DNA from: an uncultured Gaiellaceae bacterium
Lineage (GTDB): Bacteria; Actinomycetota; Thermoleophilia; Gaiellales; Gaiellaceae
NCBI GenBank assembly: GCA_963799615.1
Contig: CAWCXS010000003.1
Location: 18,250 to 82,249, forward strand
Length of the DNA stretch: 64,000 nt
Direction: 5' to 3'
Both the position numbers and the translations under genes were made by a program. Of this stretch, positions 9,720-19,239 are shown piece by piece. Position 1 is the first letter of the stretch. The number at the start of each line of letters is the position of its first letter. The notes below the pieces were generated by a model that saw nothing but the letters and a program-made list of their open reading frames with translations, was not told the origin of the DNA and made no database searches.

Positions 9720-10820
9720 TCGTGGCGACCGGGGCGCAGACCGGCGGGCGTGTCGAGAGCTCGCTCGTGCCCGCGGCGCACCGCCTCCCGTCGAACGCCG
9801 AGTACCTTGCCCACCTCGCCGTGTCGACCGGTGAGTCGAAGCTCATCCGCCTGGCCTCGAACGAGAACACGGAGCCGCCGTCGCCGGCCGTACGCGAGGC
9901 CCTCGAGCGTGCGTTCGGCGATGCGAATCTATCGCCGTCGCCGCAGCCGCCTCTGCGCCTGGCGCTCGCCAAACGACACGGCGTCGATCCGTCGCAAGTC
10001 CTCGTGACGGCAGGCTCGACCGAGGTGATCGACGCCGTCATCCGCACCTTTGCACGCGCCGGAAGCGAAGTCGTGATCCCCGATCCGTCCTGGCCCGTGT
10101 TCCGGCGCCGGCTGGAGGCAGTCGAGGCGCGGATCGTCGACGTTCCGCTCGTCCTCGACGGGGACGGGTATCACTACGACGCCGACGGGTACCTCGCCGC
10201 GATCACCGCCGAGACCCGGCTGACCGTGGTCTGCAGCCCGAACAACCCGACCGGGAACACGATGGCGCTCGACGACCTGCGGCGCGTCGCCGGCACGGGC
10301 GTGCCCTTGCTGCTCGACGCCGCGTATGCCGATTTCGACCCCGGCGTGCGACCTGATGCACCTCGTGCACGAGCTGCCGAACATCTTGATCACCCGCACC
10401 TTCTCGAAGGCGTACTGCCTTGCCGGCCTCCGCATCGGCTACCTCGTCGGGGACGCCCGAGTGCTCGATTACGTCGACCGGTTTCTCGTGCCGGGGAGCT
10501 CGGTCAGCACGGCGTCGCTGCATGCCGGCCTCGCCGCGCTGGGCGACGAGGCCTACCACGACCGCCAGGTCCGGCGCATCGCCGCCGAGCGGGAGCGGTT
10601 GCGCTCGGCCCTCGTGGAGCTGGGGCTCGACGCATATCCGTCGCGCGGCAACTTCGTCGCCGTCGACTGCTCGGCGCGCGCGGGGGGAGCGCACGAGCTC
10701 GCGGCAGCGGTGCTCGAACGCGGTGTGGTCGTGCGGCCGCTCGGCCACCTGCTGCGCATCAGCATCGGCCGTGCCGAGGAGAACGACGCGCTGGTCGCCG
10801 CGCTTCGTGCCTGCGTCTAG
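9716..10820 (+). CDS. Class I/II PLP aminotransferase, histidinol-phosphate aminotransferase-like; frameshift near 10345
   Basis: IRLASNEN, CSPNNPTG, LDAAYADF, then TFSKAYCLAGLRIGY in the next frame. Confidence 0.85.
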
Positions 10821-10837
10821 GGACGAGGCCCGCGGTC

Positions 10838-10893
10838 GCCTTGAAGGATCTTGCGCGTCTCGAGTCCGCGCGAGCGGATTCGAGACCTGCGCG
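10838..10893. repeat. Single dispersed copy of the 8.4-8.7 kb hairpin element
   Basis: GCCTTGAAGGATCTTGCGC-GTCTCGA-GTCCGC-GCGA-GCGGAT-TCGAGAC-CTGCGCG, between convergent genes. Confidence 0.75.
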
Positions 10894-10898
10894 ACGAG

Positions 10899-12134
10899 CT
10901 AGAGCGAGCGAGCGAGTTCCACGGTCGCTCCGAGCAAGACGTTTGCGCCGTTGACGCAGTCCTCCCAGGCGGTGTGCTCGGACGGATCGTGGCTGACGCC
11001 GCCTGCGGACGGAACGAACACCATCCCGCTCGGCGTCACCTGGGCGAGCGCCTGAGCGTCGTGGCCCGCACCCGAGGGCAGCTCCATCGTCGTCAGGCCG
11101 AGCTCGGTGGCAGCCCGCGCGAACGCCGCGCGCATGCGGTCGTCGGTCGGTGCGGGCTCCCACCGCCCCACACGCCGCACGTCGACCTCCAGTCCGAACG
11201 TCGCGGCCTCCGCCCGGGCGCGCTCGGCGAGCGCAAGCTCCAGGGCGTCGAGCTCCTGTGGGTCGAGCGAGCGGCATTCCATGCGCAGACGAGCGCGCCC
11301 GGGGACGACGTTGAACGAGCCCGGCTCGGTCTGGATGTCGCCGACGGTGGCTACGCAGCCCGGGAAATCGCGAGTCACGGTCTCCCGTACGCCGAGGACG
11401 AAGCCGGCGGCGCCGAGTGCCGCGTCGCGACGGGCATCCATTGGGGTCGTGCCGGCGTGGCGGGCATCACCCTCGAACACGACCTGAAAGGAGCTCGAGC
11501 CGATGATGCCGCTGACGATGCCGATGTCGATCCCGGCCCGCTCGAGCACCGGGCCCTGCTCGATGTGGAGCTCCAGGTAGCCGGCCAGGGAGGCCGGATC
11601 GCGGCGAGCCGACAGGAGCCCTTCCTCGGTGAGCCCGACCCGCGCCAGCTCGGAGACGAGTAGGTCACGACCACCTCGCGGAGCGGCGAGAATCTCAGTG
11701 GTCAGCTCACCCGTCAGCGCCCAGCTTCCGAGCTCGCCGACGAGGGTGCCCTCCTCATCGGTGAAGTCGATCGCCTCCAAAGTGACCGGAAGCTCGAGCC
11801 CCGCGTCCTGCACCGACCGCAGCACCTCCAGAGCGCAGAGCACGCCCAGCGCGCCGTCGTAGCGTCCGCCCCTCCTGACCGAGTCGAGGTGGGAGCCGAG
11901 CAGCAGCGTTCGCGACCTCCCGCCGTCCCCCGGAAGTCGCAGCGAATGGTTCGCTGCGGTGTCGACGCGCGTCTCGAGCCCGGCGGCGTGCCCGCGTTCG
12001 AAGAACCAGGTGCGCGCCTGGACGTGAGCTTCGGAGAAGGTCGTGCGCGCGACACCGCCGTCTGCCGTCGCCCCGATCTCCGCGAGCTGCTCGAAATCGG
12101 CCCGCAGCCGGTCGGAGTCGATGCGCAGCACCAC
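10899..12134 (-). CDS. Zn-dependent N-carbamoyl-amino-acid/allantoate amidohydrolase (M20 family)
   Basis: GSHLDSV, YDGALGV, DEEG, ELHIEQGP, HAGTTPM, SGAGHDA. Confidence 0.92.
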   Translation of the reverse strand: MVLRIDSDRLRADFEQLAEIGATADGGVARTTFSEAHVQARTWFFERGHAAGLETRVDTAANHSLRLPGDGGRSRTLLLGSHLDSVRRGGRYDGALGVLCALEVLRSVQDAGLELPVTLEAIDFTDEEGTLVGELGSWALTGELTTEILAAPRGGRDLLVSELARVGLTEEGLLSARRDPASLAGYLELHIEQGPVLERAGIDIGIVSGIIGSSSFQVVFEGDARHAGTTPMDARRDAALGAAGFVLGVRETVTRDFPGCVATVGDIQTEPGSFNVVPGRARLRMECRSLDPQELDALELALAERARAEAATFGLEVDVRRVGRWEPAPTDDRMRAAFARAATELGLTTMELPSGAGHDAQALAQVTPSGMVFVPSAGGVSHDPSEHTAWEDCVNGANVLLGATVELARSL

Positions 12135-12181
12135 CGCGCGATCCTATAGTTGCCGTCCATGTCCCGAGCCGGCCGTCCCAC

Positions 12182-13093
12182 GTGATCCCGGACCGCGTTC
12201 GCGCGCGCGATCTCGTCGGCTACGGCCCGAGCCCGCCCTCGTTCACCTGGCCGGGTGGAGCCACCGTGGTGGTCAACGTCGTGCTGGTGTACGAGGAGGG
12301 ATCCGAGTCCTCCGTGCTCTGGGGCGACGAGCGCAACGAGGGCTGGGGAGAGTACGCCGACCCGGGCGTGCAGCCGCCCCAGCGCGACCGCGGCACGGAG
12401 GCGCACTACGAGTACGGCAGCCGCGCCGGCGTCTGGCGGCTCGCACGGATCCTCGACGAGGCCGGTGTGCCGGTGACGGTGTCGGCCGCCGCCGTCGCAC
12501 TCGAGCTCAACCCCGCGGTGCCGGCCTGGATGCGGGAGCGTGATCACGACCTGATGGGTCACGGCTGGCGCTGGATCCAGCTGTGGGGGCTCACGCGCGA
12601 CGAGGAGCGCGAGCATCTCCGGCTCGCGATCGAGAGCTACGAACGGACGCTCGGGCAACGGCCTCTCGGATGGAACTGCCCTTCGTGGCCGAGCGAATCG
12701 ACACGCGAGCTGCTCGTCGAGGAGGGCGGCTTCCTCTACGACTCGGACTCCTGCGCCGACGACATCCCGTATTACGTGCGCACCGGTGGGATGCCGTTTC
12801 TCGTCGTTCCGTACTCCAAGACCTACAACGACAGCCGGTATCTCATGAACCCGGGCTTCTCCAGCCCGCGAGACTTCGTGGACACGCTGACGATGGGCCT
12901 CGACGAGCTCGTGCGCGACGGACGCACGGCGATGATGACCGTTGCCGTCCATGCGCGGTGGAGCGGGCAGGCCGCACGCGCAGCTGCGCTGCGCGCGTTC
13001 CTCGACCACGCCCTGCAGGTTCCCGGCGTGAGCTTCATGCGCCGCGTCGACATCGCGCGCTGGTGGCTCGAGACGTATCCGCCGGAGCCGTGA
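12182..13093 (+). CDS. Polysaccharide deacetylase family, PuuE/allantoinase-like
   Basis: RDLVGYG, YEYGSRAGVWRL, GHGWRW, YDSDSCADDIPY, VAVHARWSG. Confidence 0.85.
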   Translation: MIPDRVRARDLVGYGPSPPSFTWPGGATVVVNVVLVYEEGSESSVLWGDERNEGWGEYADPGVQPPQRDRGTEAHYEYGSRAGVWRLARILDEAGVPVTVSAAAVALELNPAVPAWMRERDHDLMGHGWRWIQLWGLTRDEEREHLRLAIESYERTLGQRPLGWNCPSWPSESTRELLVEEGGFLYDSDSCADDIPYYVRTGGMPFLVVPYSKTYNDSRYLMNPGFSSPRDFVDTLTMGLDELVRDGRTAMMTVAVHARWSGQAARAAALRAFLDHALQVPGVSFMRRVDIARWWLETYPPEP

Positions 13094-13102
13094 ACGCTGG
13101 CG

Positions 13103-13921
13103 CTATCCGAGAAGCCGCTCGGGCGTCTCCGACGCCATCGCATGGGCAGCTCCCGCGTCCAGGCCGGCGCTGACCAACCGCTCGACGAGGATTGTGAGTG
13201 CCTCGGGCGGGGGAGGCGACTCGGGCTGGCCGGCATCGCTCGAGAGGACACAGCGATCGGGCCCGAGCCTCCCGGCCAGCGCGGCGAGCGGCGCCGGGTC
13301 ATCCCCACCCAACATCTGGTACGCGGTGATCTCGGCAATCGCCCCCATCGCGCACAACTCCTCGACCTCGGCGGGGGCAAGTCCCGGCACGGCAAAGGTC
13401 GGGTGGGTGAGCAGCACCCGGCGCACCCCCGCGGCGCGCGCCCGGCGCACGAGCCAGCCGCATTCGGCAGGCCCGAGGTGCCCGGTCGCAAGTACTGCGT
13501 CCGCCTCGGCGACGAGCCGCAGGATGTCGTCCACGGCGCCGACGTGGCGGTTGTCCACCGGCGGTACGGCGAGGCCGCCTCCGGTGCGCCATCCGTCCGG
13601 CAGCGGCAGCCCGTGTACGTGATGAGCGTGCGCGTCGAGCGTCGGCATCCAGACAATGCGTCCGCCGAGCGCAAGCGTCGCCGACACCGCCGCGGCGTTG
13701 ATGCCCCCGACGGCGTGGTTGAGAACGATGCCTCCGAACACGACGACCCCGGAGCCCGCCCCGGCTGCCACCGCGCGCCCCGCTGTCGGCTCGCAGTGGC
13801 CCTTGAGCACACAGCCGGTGAATCCGGCCGCGGCGAACATGCGAACGATCTCGCGGTCGTCGGCGAGCCGGGGTAGAACGCACGGTGCCGAGTGAACGTG
13901 CAGATCGAAGATGGCGGTGGC
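13103..13921 (-). CDS. Amidohydrolase-fold protein (DUF6282-like); start codon unresolved
   Basis: The frame extends upstream of the ORF call to FDLHVHSAP. Also LKGH, WMPT, ATGHL, LTHP, SSDAGQ. Confidence 0.7.
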   Translation of the reverse strand, partial: ATAIFDLHVHSAPCVLPRLADDREIVRMFAAAGFTGCVLKGHCEPTAGRAVAAGAGSGVVVFGGIVLNHAVGGINAAAVSATLALGGRIVWMPTLDAHAHHVHGLPLPDGWRTGGGLAVPPVDNRHVGAVDDILRLVAEADAVLATGHLGPAECGWLVRRARAAGVRRVLLTHPTFAVPGLAPAEVEELCAMGAIAEITAYQMLGGDDPAPLAALAGRLGPDRCVLSSDAGQPESPPPPEALTILVERLVSAGLDAGAAHAMASETPERLLG

Positions 13922-13955
13922 TCCTCTGGACGAGGTCTGTAGCGTAGGCGGTCGT

Positions 13956-14846
13956 ATGGTCCGCCGCCCCGTTTCGTTCTTCAGCGCGCGCCTGCGCCTC
14001 GACGGTGACCTCTATCTACCGGAGGACGTTCCGCCCGGGGCGCGCCTTCCGGCGGTGATCCCGTGCTCCGGGTACAGCGGGTTGAAGGACATTCACCCCG
14101 CTCGGTTCGCGCGCGCGCTCGTGCCCCACGGCTATGCCTGTCTCGCATTCGACTATCGCGGATTCGGCGCGAGCGAGGGTGAGCGGGGGCGTCTCGTGCC
14201 GCAGGAGCAGGTGGAGGACGTTCGCGCCGCCGTGAGCTTTCTCGCGTCGGTGCCCGAAGTCGACGGCGACCGCATCGCCCTGCTCGGCTGGGCGCTCGGT
14301 GGAGGGGTCGTGATCGCCGAGGCGGCGGACGATGCGCGCGTCCGTGCGGTTGTCGCCTGCAACCCGATCGGGGACGGCGAGCGGTCAACGCGTGAGATGC
14401 ACACCGTGGAGACCTGGAGCACCCTCTTGGACCGCATCTCCGCCGACCGTGACCGGCGCGCAGTGAGCGGCGTGTCGGAGCTCGTCTCCCCGTTCGACAT
14501 CGTCGTGTTGGACGAGGTCACGCGACCCTACGTCGAGACGGAGCTCTACAAGACAGCGGGATACGGTGCCGCCGTGTCGCTCGAGTCTGGAGAGCAGCTG
14601 CTGCGGTTCAGGCCCGAAGCGTCGGTAGGGCGTATCTCCCCACGACCGTTGCTGCTCGTGCACGGCGAGGACAATCGGCTGCACCTGCCGGCCGAGTCGC
14701 TCGAGCTACACCGGCGCGCGCAGGAGCCGAAGGAACTCGTACTGGTCGCGGGGGCGGGGCACACCGAGTGGATGCACGACGAGCATCCGACGTTTCTCGA
14801 GATCGCCGGCGTGATCCGGCGCTTTCTCGACGCGAGCCTGCGGTGA
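13956..14846 (+). CDS. Alpha/beta-hydrolase fold protein (nucleophile position is Ala)
   Basis: CSGYSG, FDYRGFGASEG, GWALGGG, LLVHGED, GAGH. Confidence 0.85.
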   Translation: MVRRPVSFFSARLRLDGDLYLPEDVPPGARLPAVIPCSGYSGLKDIHPARFARALVPHGYACLAFDYRGFGASEGERGRLVPQEQVEDVRAAVSFLASVPEVDGDRIALLGWALGGGVVIAEAADDARVRAVVACNPIGDGERSTREMHTVETWSTLLDRISADRDRRAVSGVSELVSPFDIVVLDEVTRPYVETELYKTAGYGAAVSLESGEQLLRFRPEASVGRISPRPLLLVHGEDNRLHLPAESLELHRRAQEPKELVLVAGAGHTEWMHDEHPTFLEIAGVIRRFLDASLR

Positions 14847-15472
14847 AGCGCGTCGCCTTCGTCGTCAGCGAGCACCGTGACGGGCTGACGCCCGCCCGAG
14901 TTGCTCGCTTTGCGCGCGCCCGCAAACGGCTCGCCGAGGTCGCCACGGCAGAGGTTGACGCGATCCACTACGCGGACGTCGAGCGCCTGGACGTCGACGC
15001 GACGGTCCTCAGCGGCTCCTACGACCCGTGGGCGCTGCACGATGCCCGCGCCCTCGACAGGCTGGGCGAGGCATTGCTGGCGTACGAGGGGCCCGTGCTC
15101 GGGATCTGCGCCGGCATGCAGATACAGGTGCGGGCCGCCGGCGGCACAATCGGCCCGGCCCGGCAGCCGGCCGACCCCGGCTTTGCGGCGGTGGAAGTCG
15201 TCGACGCGGACGGTGTGTTGGCCGGCCTGCCCCGTCGGATCGACGTCTACGAGGAGCACACCGACGAGGTGACGGTGCTGCCGGACAGCCTGCGTGTCAT
15301 CGCGAGAAGCGAGGGGTGCGCGGTCGAGGCGATCGCCGCCGTCGACCGTCCGTGGTGGGGGACGCAGTTCCATCCCGAGAAGTGGACGGAAGCGCAGCCG
15401 GCCGGGCGTGCGATCCTGGCCAGCTTTTTCCGGTTGGCCGGGATCCCGCTGCGCGACCGGTCGAGCCTCTGA
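14843..15472 (+). CDS. Class I glutamine amidotransferase-like protein
   Basis: LSG, GICAGMQ nucleophile, QFHPE dyad. GTG start overlaps the upstream stop. Confidence 0.88.
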   Translation: MKRVAFVVSEHRDGLTPARVARFARARKRLAEVATAEVDAIHYADVERLDVDATVLSGSYDPWALHDARALDRLGEALLAYEGPVLGICAGMQIQVRAAGGTIGPARQPADPGFAAVEVVDADGVLAGLPRRIDVYEEHTDEVTVLPDSLRVIARSEGCAVEAIAAVDRPWWGTQFHPEKWTEAQPAGRAILASFFRLAGIPLRDRSSL

Positions 15473-15616
15473 ACGGCAGAGGGATAGTGCCGCCAGCACA
15501 GACCCGAAGAGCCGGGTGCGCGCAGCGGCGCGAGCGACCGCGGAGGCCGGCTCCGCCGGGCCGGCGAGCGCCCCTGGAGGGTGGCTCCGCCACCCGCAAG
15601 GGCGCGGTCGGTGGCG

Positions 15617-16147
15617 TCAGGCAGCGCCGAGAAGCTCGTCGGCGTATGTCATGGAGATCCGCCGCATGATGCCGCTGTCGTCCGGCTCGTAGTGGCCCAT
15701 CCGCCACAGCGCCGGTGAGTAGCAGTGCACGGAGACGGCCGGCACCCCGTCCGCATGGCGGACGCCATGAATGTACGTGGCATCGAAGTCGAAGGCGCCG
15801 CCCCCGTCGTGCCGGTTCGTCTTCTCTCTGATCCAGCCGTCCTCGTCCCGGTGGAAGAAGTCCTCGAACAGCGCGCCTTCGCATACGTGGACGGCGCCCT
15901 GCGACCGGTCGTGGTCGTGGTAGCCGGTGTCCTGGCCCGTCGTCCAACAGATCAGCCAGACGTCGACGTTGGGGTCGCGGTAGAGCTGTGTGTACTGGCG
16001 CTCGGTCGTGTCGAGTCGTACGTAGTCGCGCCAGAGAGCCTGCTCTTGTGCGACAGCTGCTGCGAGTCGAGCGAGTGCGGGGCGATCGAGATCAGTGTCA
16101 GCGACGAGGCGGCCGGTGAGCCAGGTGGTGATGTCGATGTGGGTCAT
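15617..16147 (-). CDS. Cysteine dioxygenase-family thiol dioxygenase
   Basis: VWLICW..GQDTGYHDH, third His in YIHGV, outer-sphere SVHCYSP. Confidence 0.88.
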   Translation of the reverse strand: MTHIDITTWLTGRLVADTDLDRPALARLAAAVAQEQALWRDYVRLDTTERQYTQLYRDPNVDVWLICWTTGQDTGYHDHDRSQGAVHVCEGALFEDFFHRDEDGWIREKTNRHDGGGAFDFDATYIHGVRHADGVPAVSVHCYSPALWRMGHYEPDDSGIMRRISMTYADELLGAA

Positions 16148-17016
16148 GACGTCAGTCGATGTGGTGTGTCCTGTGTAACAAGACGTTCGACAGATTCGCC
16201 GAAACCCTTTAGCGCAAGCCGGGTCGGAGCCGGATCGACAACAGGCACATCACTGCCGTAGACGAGCTGCTCGACGCCGAACGTCTCGATACAGAGCTCG
16301 AGCGCGCGACGTCCGTACGAGGCCGTGTCGAAGAACACGTTGCCGTGCAGGGAAGAGCGCACCTGGACGCCGCGCGAGGCGAGCCGCTCGAGCTGAAACG
16401 GGCCGCCGCCGGCCAGGATCGCGAAGACCACGCGAACGTCGGGCCACCGCTCCTGCCCGGCGACCAGCCAGCGGAGGTATGCCTCCTGCATCTGCGCCGT
16501 GTAGACGGCGAGCGCTCCCCACCACGGCGGCGCCCCCCGCGGCACGACGCCGCCCGAGGGGTGCACGAACAGGAAGCCGGGTCCGCCCTTGAGCGTGTCG
16601 AGCACCGGCGCGAGCGCATCGAGGTCGGCGAGCGCATCCGAGCCCACGCAGGAGCCGACGAAACCGGCGCGCGCCTGCCCTGTGGACAGAGCCGCGAGCC
16701 GCCCTCCTGCTGCAGAGACCAGCTCGGCAATGCCGTCCTCCCAGGCAGCGAGGAGCTCTGCGCGCTCCGTCGCTTCCAGCGCGTCGTGCCCGAACGTCTG
16801 TTGCAGCGAGAGCACAGCGACGTCGGTGCCCAGCGTGTCGAGCACGCCGATGCGCGTCTCGAGGTCGTTCTCGGCGGGGTCGAACGGGAAGTGCCCTTCG
16901 CTCGTGTGGAGCTCGCCACCGCTGATCTGTGGTGGCGTCGAGCGGCGTCGCAGAGCGTCGATGAACGACGCGGGCAAGAGGTGCTGATGGATGTCGACGA
17001 CCGGCATCTCAGCCAC
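16144..17016 (-). CDS. Amidohydrolase_2 family metalloenzyme
   Basis: VVDIHQHLLP, FLFVHP, FFDTASY, LVYGSDVP. Confidence 0.88.
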   Translation of the reverse strand: MAEMPVVDIHQHLLPASFIDALRRRSTPPQISGGELHTSEGHFPFDPAENDLETRIGVLDTLGTDVAVLSLQQTFGHDALEATERAELLAAWEDGIAELVSAAGGRLAALSTGQARAGFVGSCVGSDALADLDALAPVLDTLKGGPGFLFVHPSGGVVPRGAPPWWGALAVYTAQMQEAYLRWLVAGQERWPDVRVVFAILAGGGPFQLERLASRGVQVRSSLHGNVFFDTASYGRRALELCIETFGVEQLVYGSDVPVVDPAPTRLALKGFGESVERLVTQDTPHRLTS

Positions 17017-18412
17017 CGAGCCCGCCGGAGCGGATGAGCATCACGAGCGGCTCGAGATCCGGCAAGAGCTCGCCCTCGCCGACGAACGGCACGACGTCCC
17101 GCACCGCACGATGGACGCGCGCGGTGCCGACTCCGAGTCTGGTGCCGCGGAGATCACATGCCTGCGCCGCGTGCAGGAGCTCGACCGAGACGACGCGGGC
17201 TCCGAGCTCGACCATTTCACCGAGCCGGCGAGCAGCAAGCGGCGCCATCGTCATCCGGTCCTCGATTCCCTCCGCCTGGGTCGTCGAAACCAGATCGAGC
17301 GAGACCGGCTGCGCGAGCAATCGTGCTTCGGAGGCGAACGCCTGCACGGCGATGCCGTACTCGCTGAGGGCGCTCTCAGCGAGGCCGCTGCGCGCCCCGA
17401 GCCCTTCGTTGAGACCGGTGAGCGATGCCTGGAGGAGCTTCACCGACCGCTCCGCGGCCGCGGAGAGCACCGGCGCGAGAGCGAGCCGCGCGAGGTCGAG
17501 GGCAGTTGCGAGCGGCTGGATCTCGAAGTTTCCGACCGAGATCATCCGATCCTCAGCGGTCAGGACGAGCGGGTTCGACTGGGCGGCGTTGAGCTCGAGC
17601 TCGACCTGCGCGCGGACGAAGCCGAACGCGTCGCGCGCGGCTCCGTGGAGCTGGGGGAGCGCACGGAAGCTGAGTGGGTCCTGCAGCGCGCGCGCCTCTG
17701 CCCCACTCCCTTCGAGCAGGTCGCTGATGCGCGCCAGCGTGAATTGCAGCCCGGCGGAGGGACGTGCGACCCCGATGGCCGGGTGCAGGGCGTCACGGTT
17801 TGCTCCGAACGCCTCGTAGTCGAGCGCCCCTGCGTGATCGAGCATGTCGAGCAGCGTGAGCGCGTCATGGAGCGCAAGCGCCGCGATCCCGGTCGAGAAC
17901 GCGCTCTGGTTGAGCAATGCGATCCCCTCACCCTGCTCGAGCTGGAAGTCGCCCAGGATGCCCTCGGCGAGATCGGCGAGGGGAGCGAGATCGCTGATCC
18001 CGATCGAGCCGAGCAACCGCACTTCCGGCAGGCGGTCCTGGTTCAGCGCTCGCACGACGTGCGCGGCAAGCTCGGGACGAGCCGTGGTCCTGCCCGCAGC
18101 GAGACCGTTTGCGAGGCGTAGGGTCGTGGCGCGCACCGCGTCCCGCGGGGCGGCCGGGCCCTGTCCGATCAGATGCTGGCGCACGAGCAACCGATCGTGG
18201 TCGGTGGCCTCGATGCGGAACAGCTTGCGCACGCCGACCCCCGTGGTGACGCCGTACACGGTTGTCTGCCCCGCGATCGCGCGCTCCGCAACGGCACGGG
18301 CTTCGGACATGCGCTCGATCGCGGCCACGGCGAGCTCGACGTCCTCGCCTTCTCGTGCGACGCGAACGAGATCCTCGAGAGAGAGATCGAGCCCGGTGAG
18401 CACCACGGTCAC
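17009..18412 (-). CDS. Aromatic amino acid ammonia-lyase superfamily member lacking the MIO-forming ASG
   Basis: VYGVTTGVG, LQDPLSFR, SNPL, GNF, IEDR. The MIO loop reads GSIG-ISDL against GSVGASGDL in HAL. Confidence 0.88.
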   Translation of the reverse strand: MTVVLTGLDLSLEDLVRVAREGEDVELAVAAIERMSEARAVAERAIAGQTTVYGVTTGVGVRKLFRIEATDHDRLLVRQHLIGQGPAAPRDAVRATTLRLANGLAAGRTTARPELAAHVVRALNQDRLPEVRLLGSIGISDLAPLADLAEGILGDFQLEQGEGIALLNQSAFSTGIAALALHDALTLLDMLDHAGALDYEAFGANRDALHPAIGVARPSAGLQFTLARISDLLEGSGAEARALQDPLSFRALPQLHGAARDAFGFVRAQVELELNAAQSNPLVLTAEDRMISVGNFEIQPLATALDLARLALAPVLSAAAERSVKLLQASLTGLNEGLGARSGLAESALSEYGIAVQAFASEARLLAQPVSLDLVSTTQAEGIEDRMTMAPLAARRLGEMVELGARVVSVELLHAAQACDLRGTRLGVGTARVHRAVRDVVPFVGEGELLPDLEPLVMLIRSGGLGG

Positions 18413-18438
18413 GGTGGGACGATCATCTCAGAGCCCCT

Positions 18439-19239
18439 CTAGGCTCGCCGGATGATCGCGCCGCCGCCGGCGCAGACGAGGAATGTCGCTGCCGCGACGA
18501 GCACGATCGTGCCGCCGGGCGGGAGATCTGCGTAGTACGCGATCGTGAGACCTGCCAGCACGGAGCCGACACCGATCGCCATGGCAAGGCCGAGTGTCGA
18601 GCGCAGGCTCCAGGCGACGCGGTTTGCTGCGATCACCGGCAGCACCATCAGCGCAGCGATCAGCAGGATCCCGACGATGCGCATCGAGACCGACACGGTC
18701 AGCGCGGCGAGGACGGCGACGACGACGTTGAGCCGCGCCACCGGGACGCCCGCGACGCGACTGCCTTCCGCGTCGAGCACGGTGGCAACGAGACCTCGGT
18801 AGAGGATGCCGATGGTCGCGAGCGCGCCCGACCCGAGCACGAGCACGATCCAGAGGTCGGTGCGCGTCACGGTCAGGATCGAGCCGAACAGGAATTGGAA
18901 GAGGTTCACGTTGAGCGCTCCGGCGCTGGAGATGAGTACGACCCCGGCGGCGATGCCGGTATAGAAGACGAGCGCGAGGGCCTGGTCGCCCGCAGCGCCG
19001 CCGCGCGTGCGCAGCCATTCGATCGCCAGCGCCCCCAGCACAGCCGCCACGAGGGCCGTCAGCACCGGGGAGATACCGAGCAGGTAGCCCGCGGCGACCC
19101 CGGCGAATGCCACGTGCCCGAGCCCGTCGCCGACCAGGGAGGCACCGCGCTCGACGAGGAAGAAGCCGACGACGGGTGCGAGCAACCCGACGACTGCGCC
19201 GATGGCGAACGCGAGCCGCATGAACTCGAGGTCAAACAT
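18439..19239 (-). CDS. znuB: Zn/Mn ABC transporter permease
   Basis: GDGLGHVAFAGVA, LFGSIL, IVGILLIAALMVLP. Confidence 0.88.
   Translation of the reverse strand: MFDLEFMRLAFAIGAVVGLLAPVVGFFLVERGASLVGDGLGHVAFAGVAAGYLLGISPVLTALVAAVLGALAIEWLRTRGGAAGDQALALVFYTGIAAGVVLISSAGALNVNLFQFLFGSILTVTRTDLWIVLVLGSGALATIGILYRGLVATVLDAEGSRVAGVPVARLNVVVAVLAALTVSVSMRIVGILLIAALMVLPVIAANRVAWSLRSTLGLAMAIGVGSVLAGLTIAYYADLPPGGTIVLVAAATFLVCAGGGAIIRRA

Noticed and set aside
9716-10820. Programmed frameshifting here and in other split genes
   Set aside because: No consistent slippery sites; indels are scattered and often compensating, as expected for sequencing error.
17009-18412. Calling the lyase hutH
   Set aside because: It lacks the ASG MIO motif, and no hutU/I/G genes are nearby.
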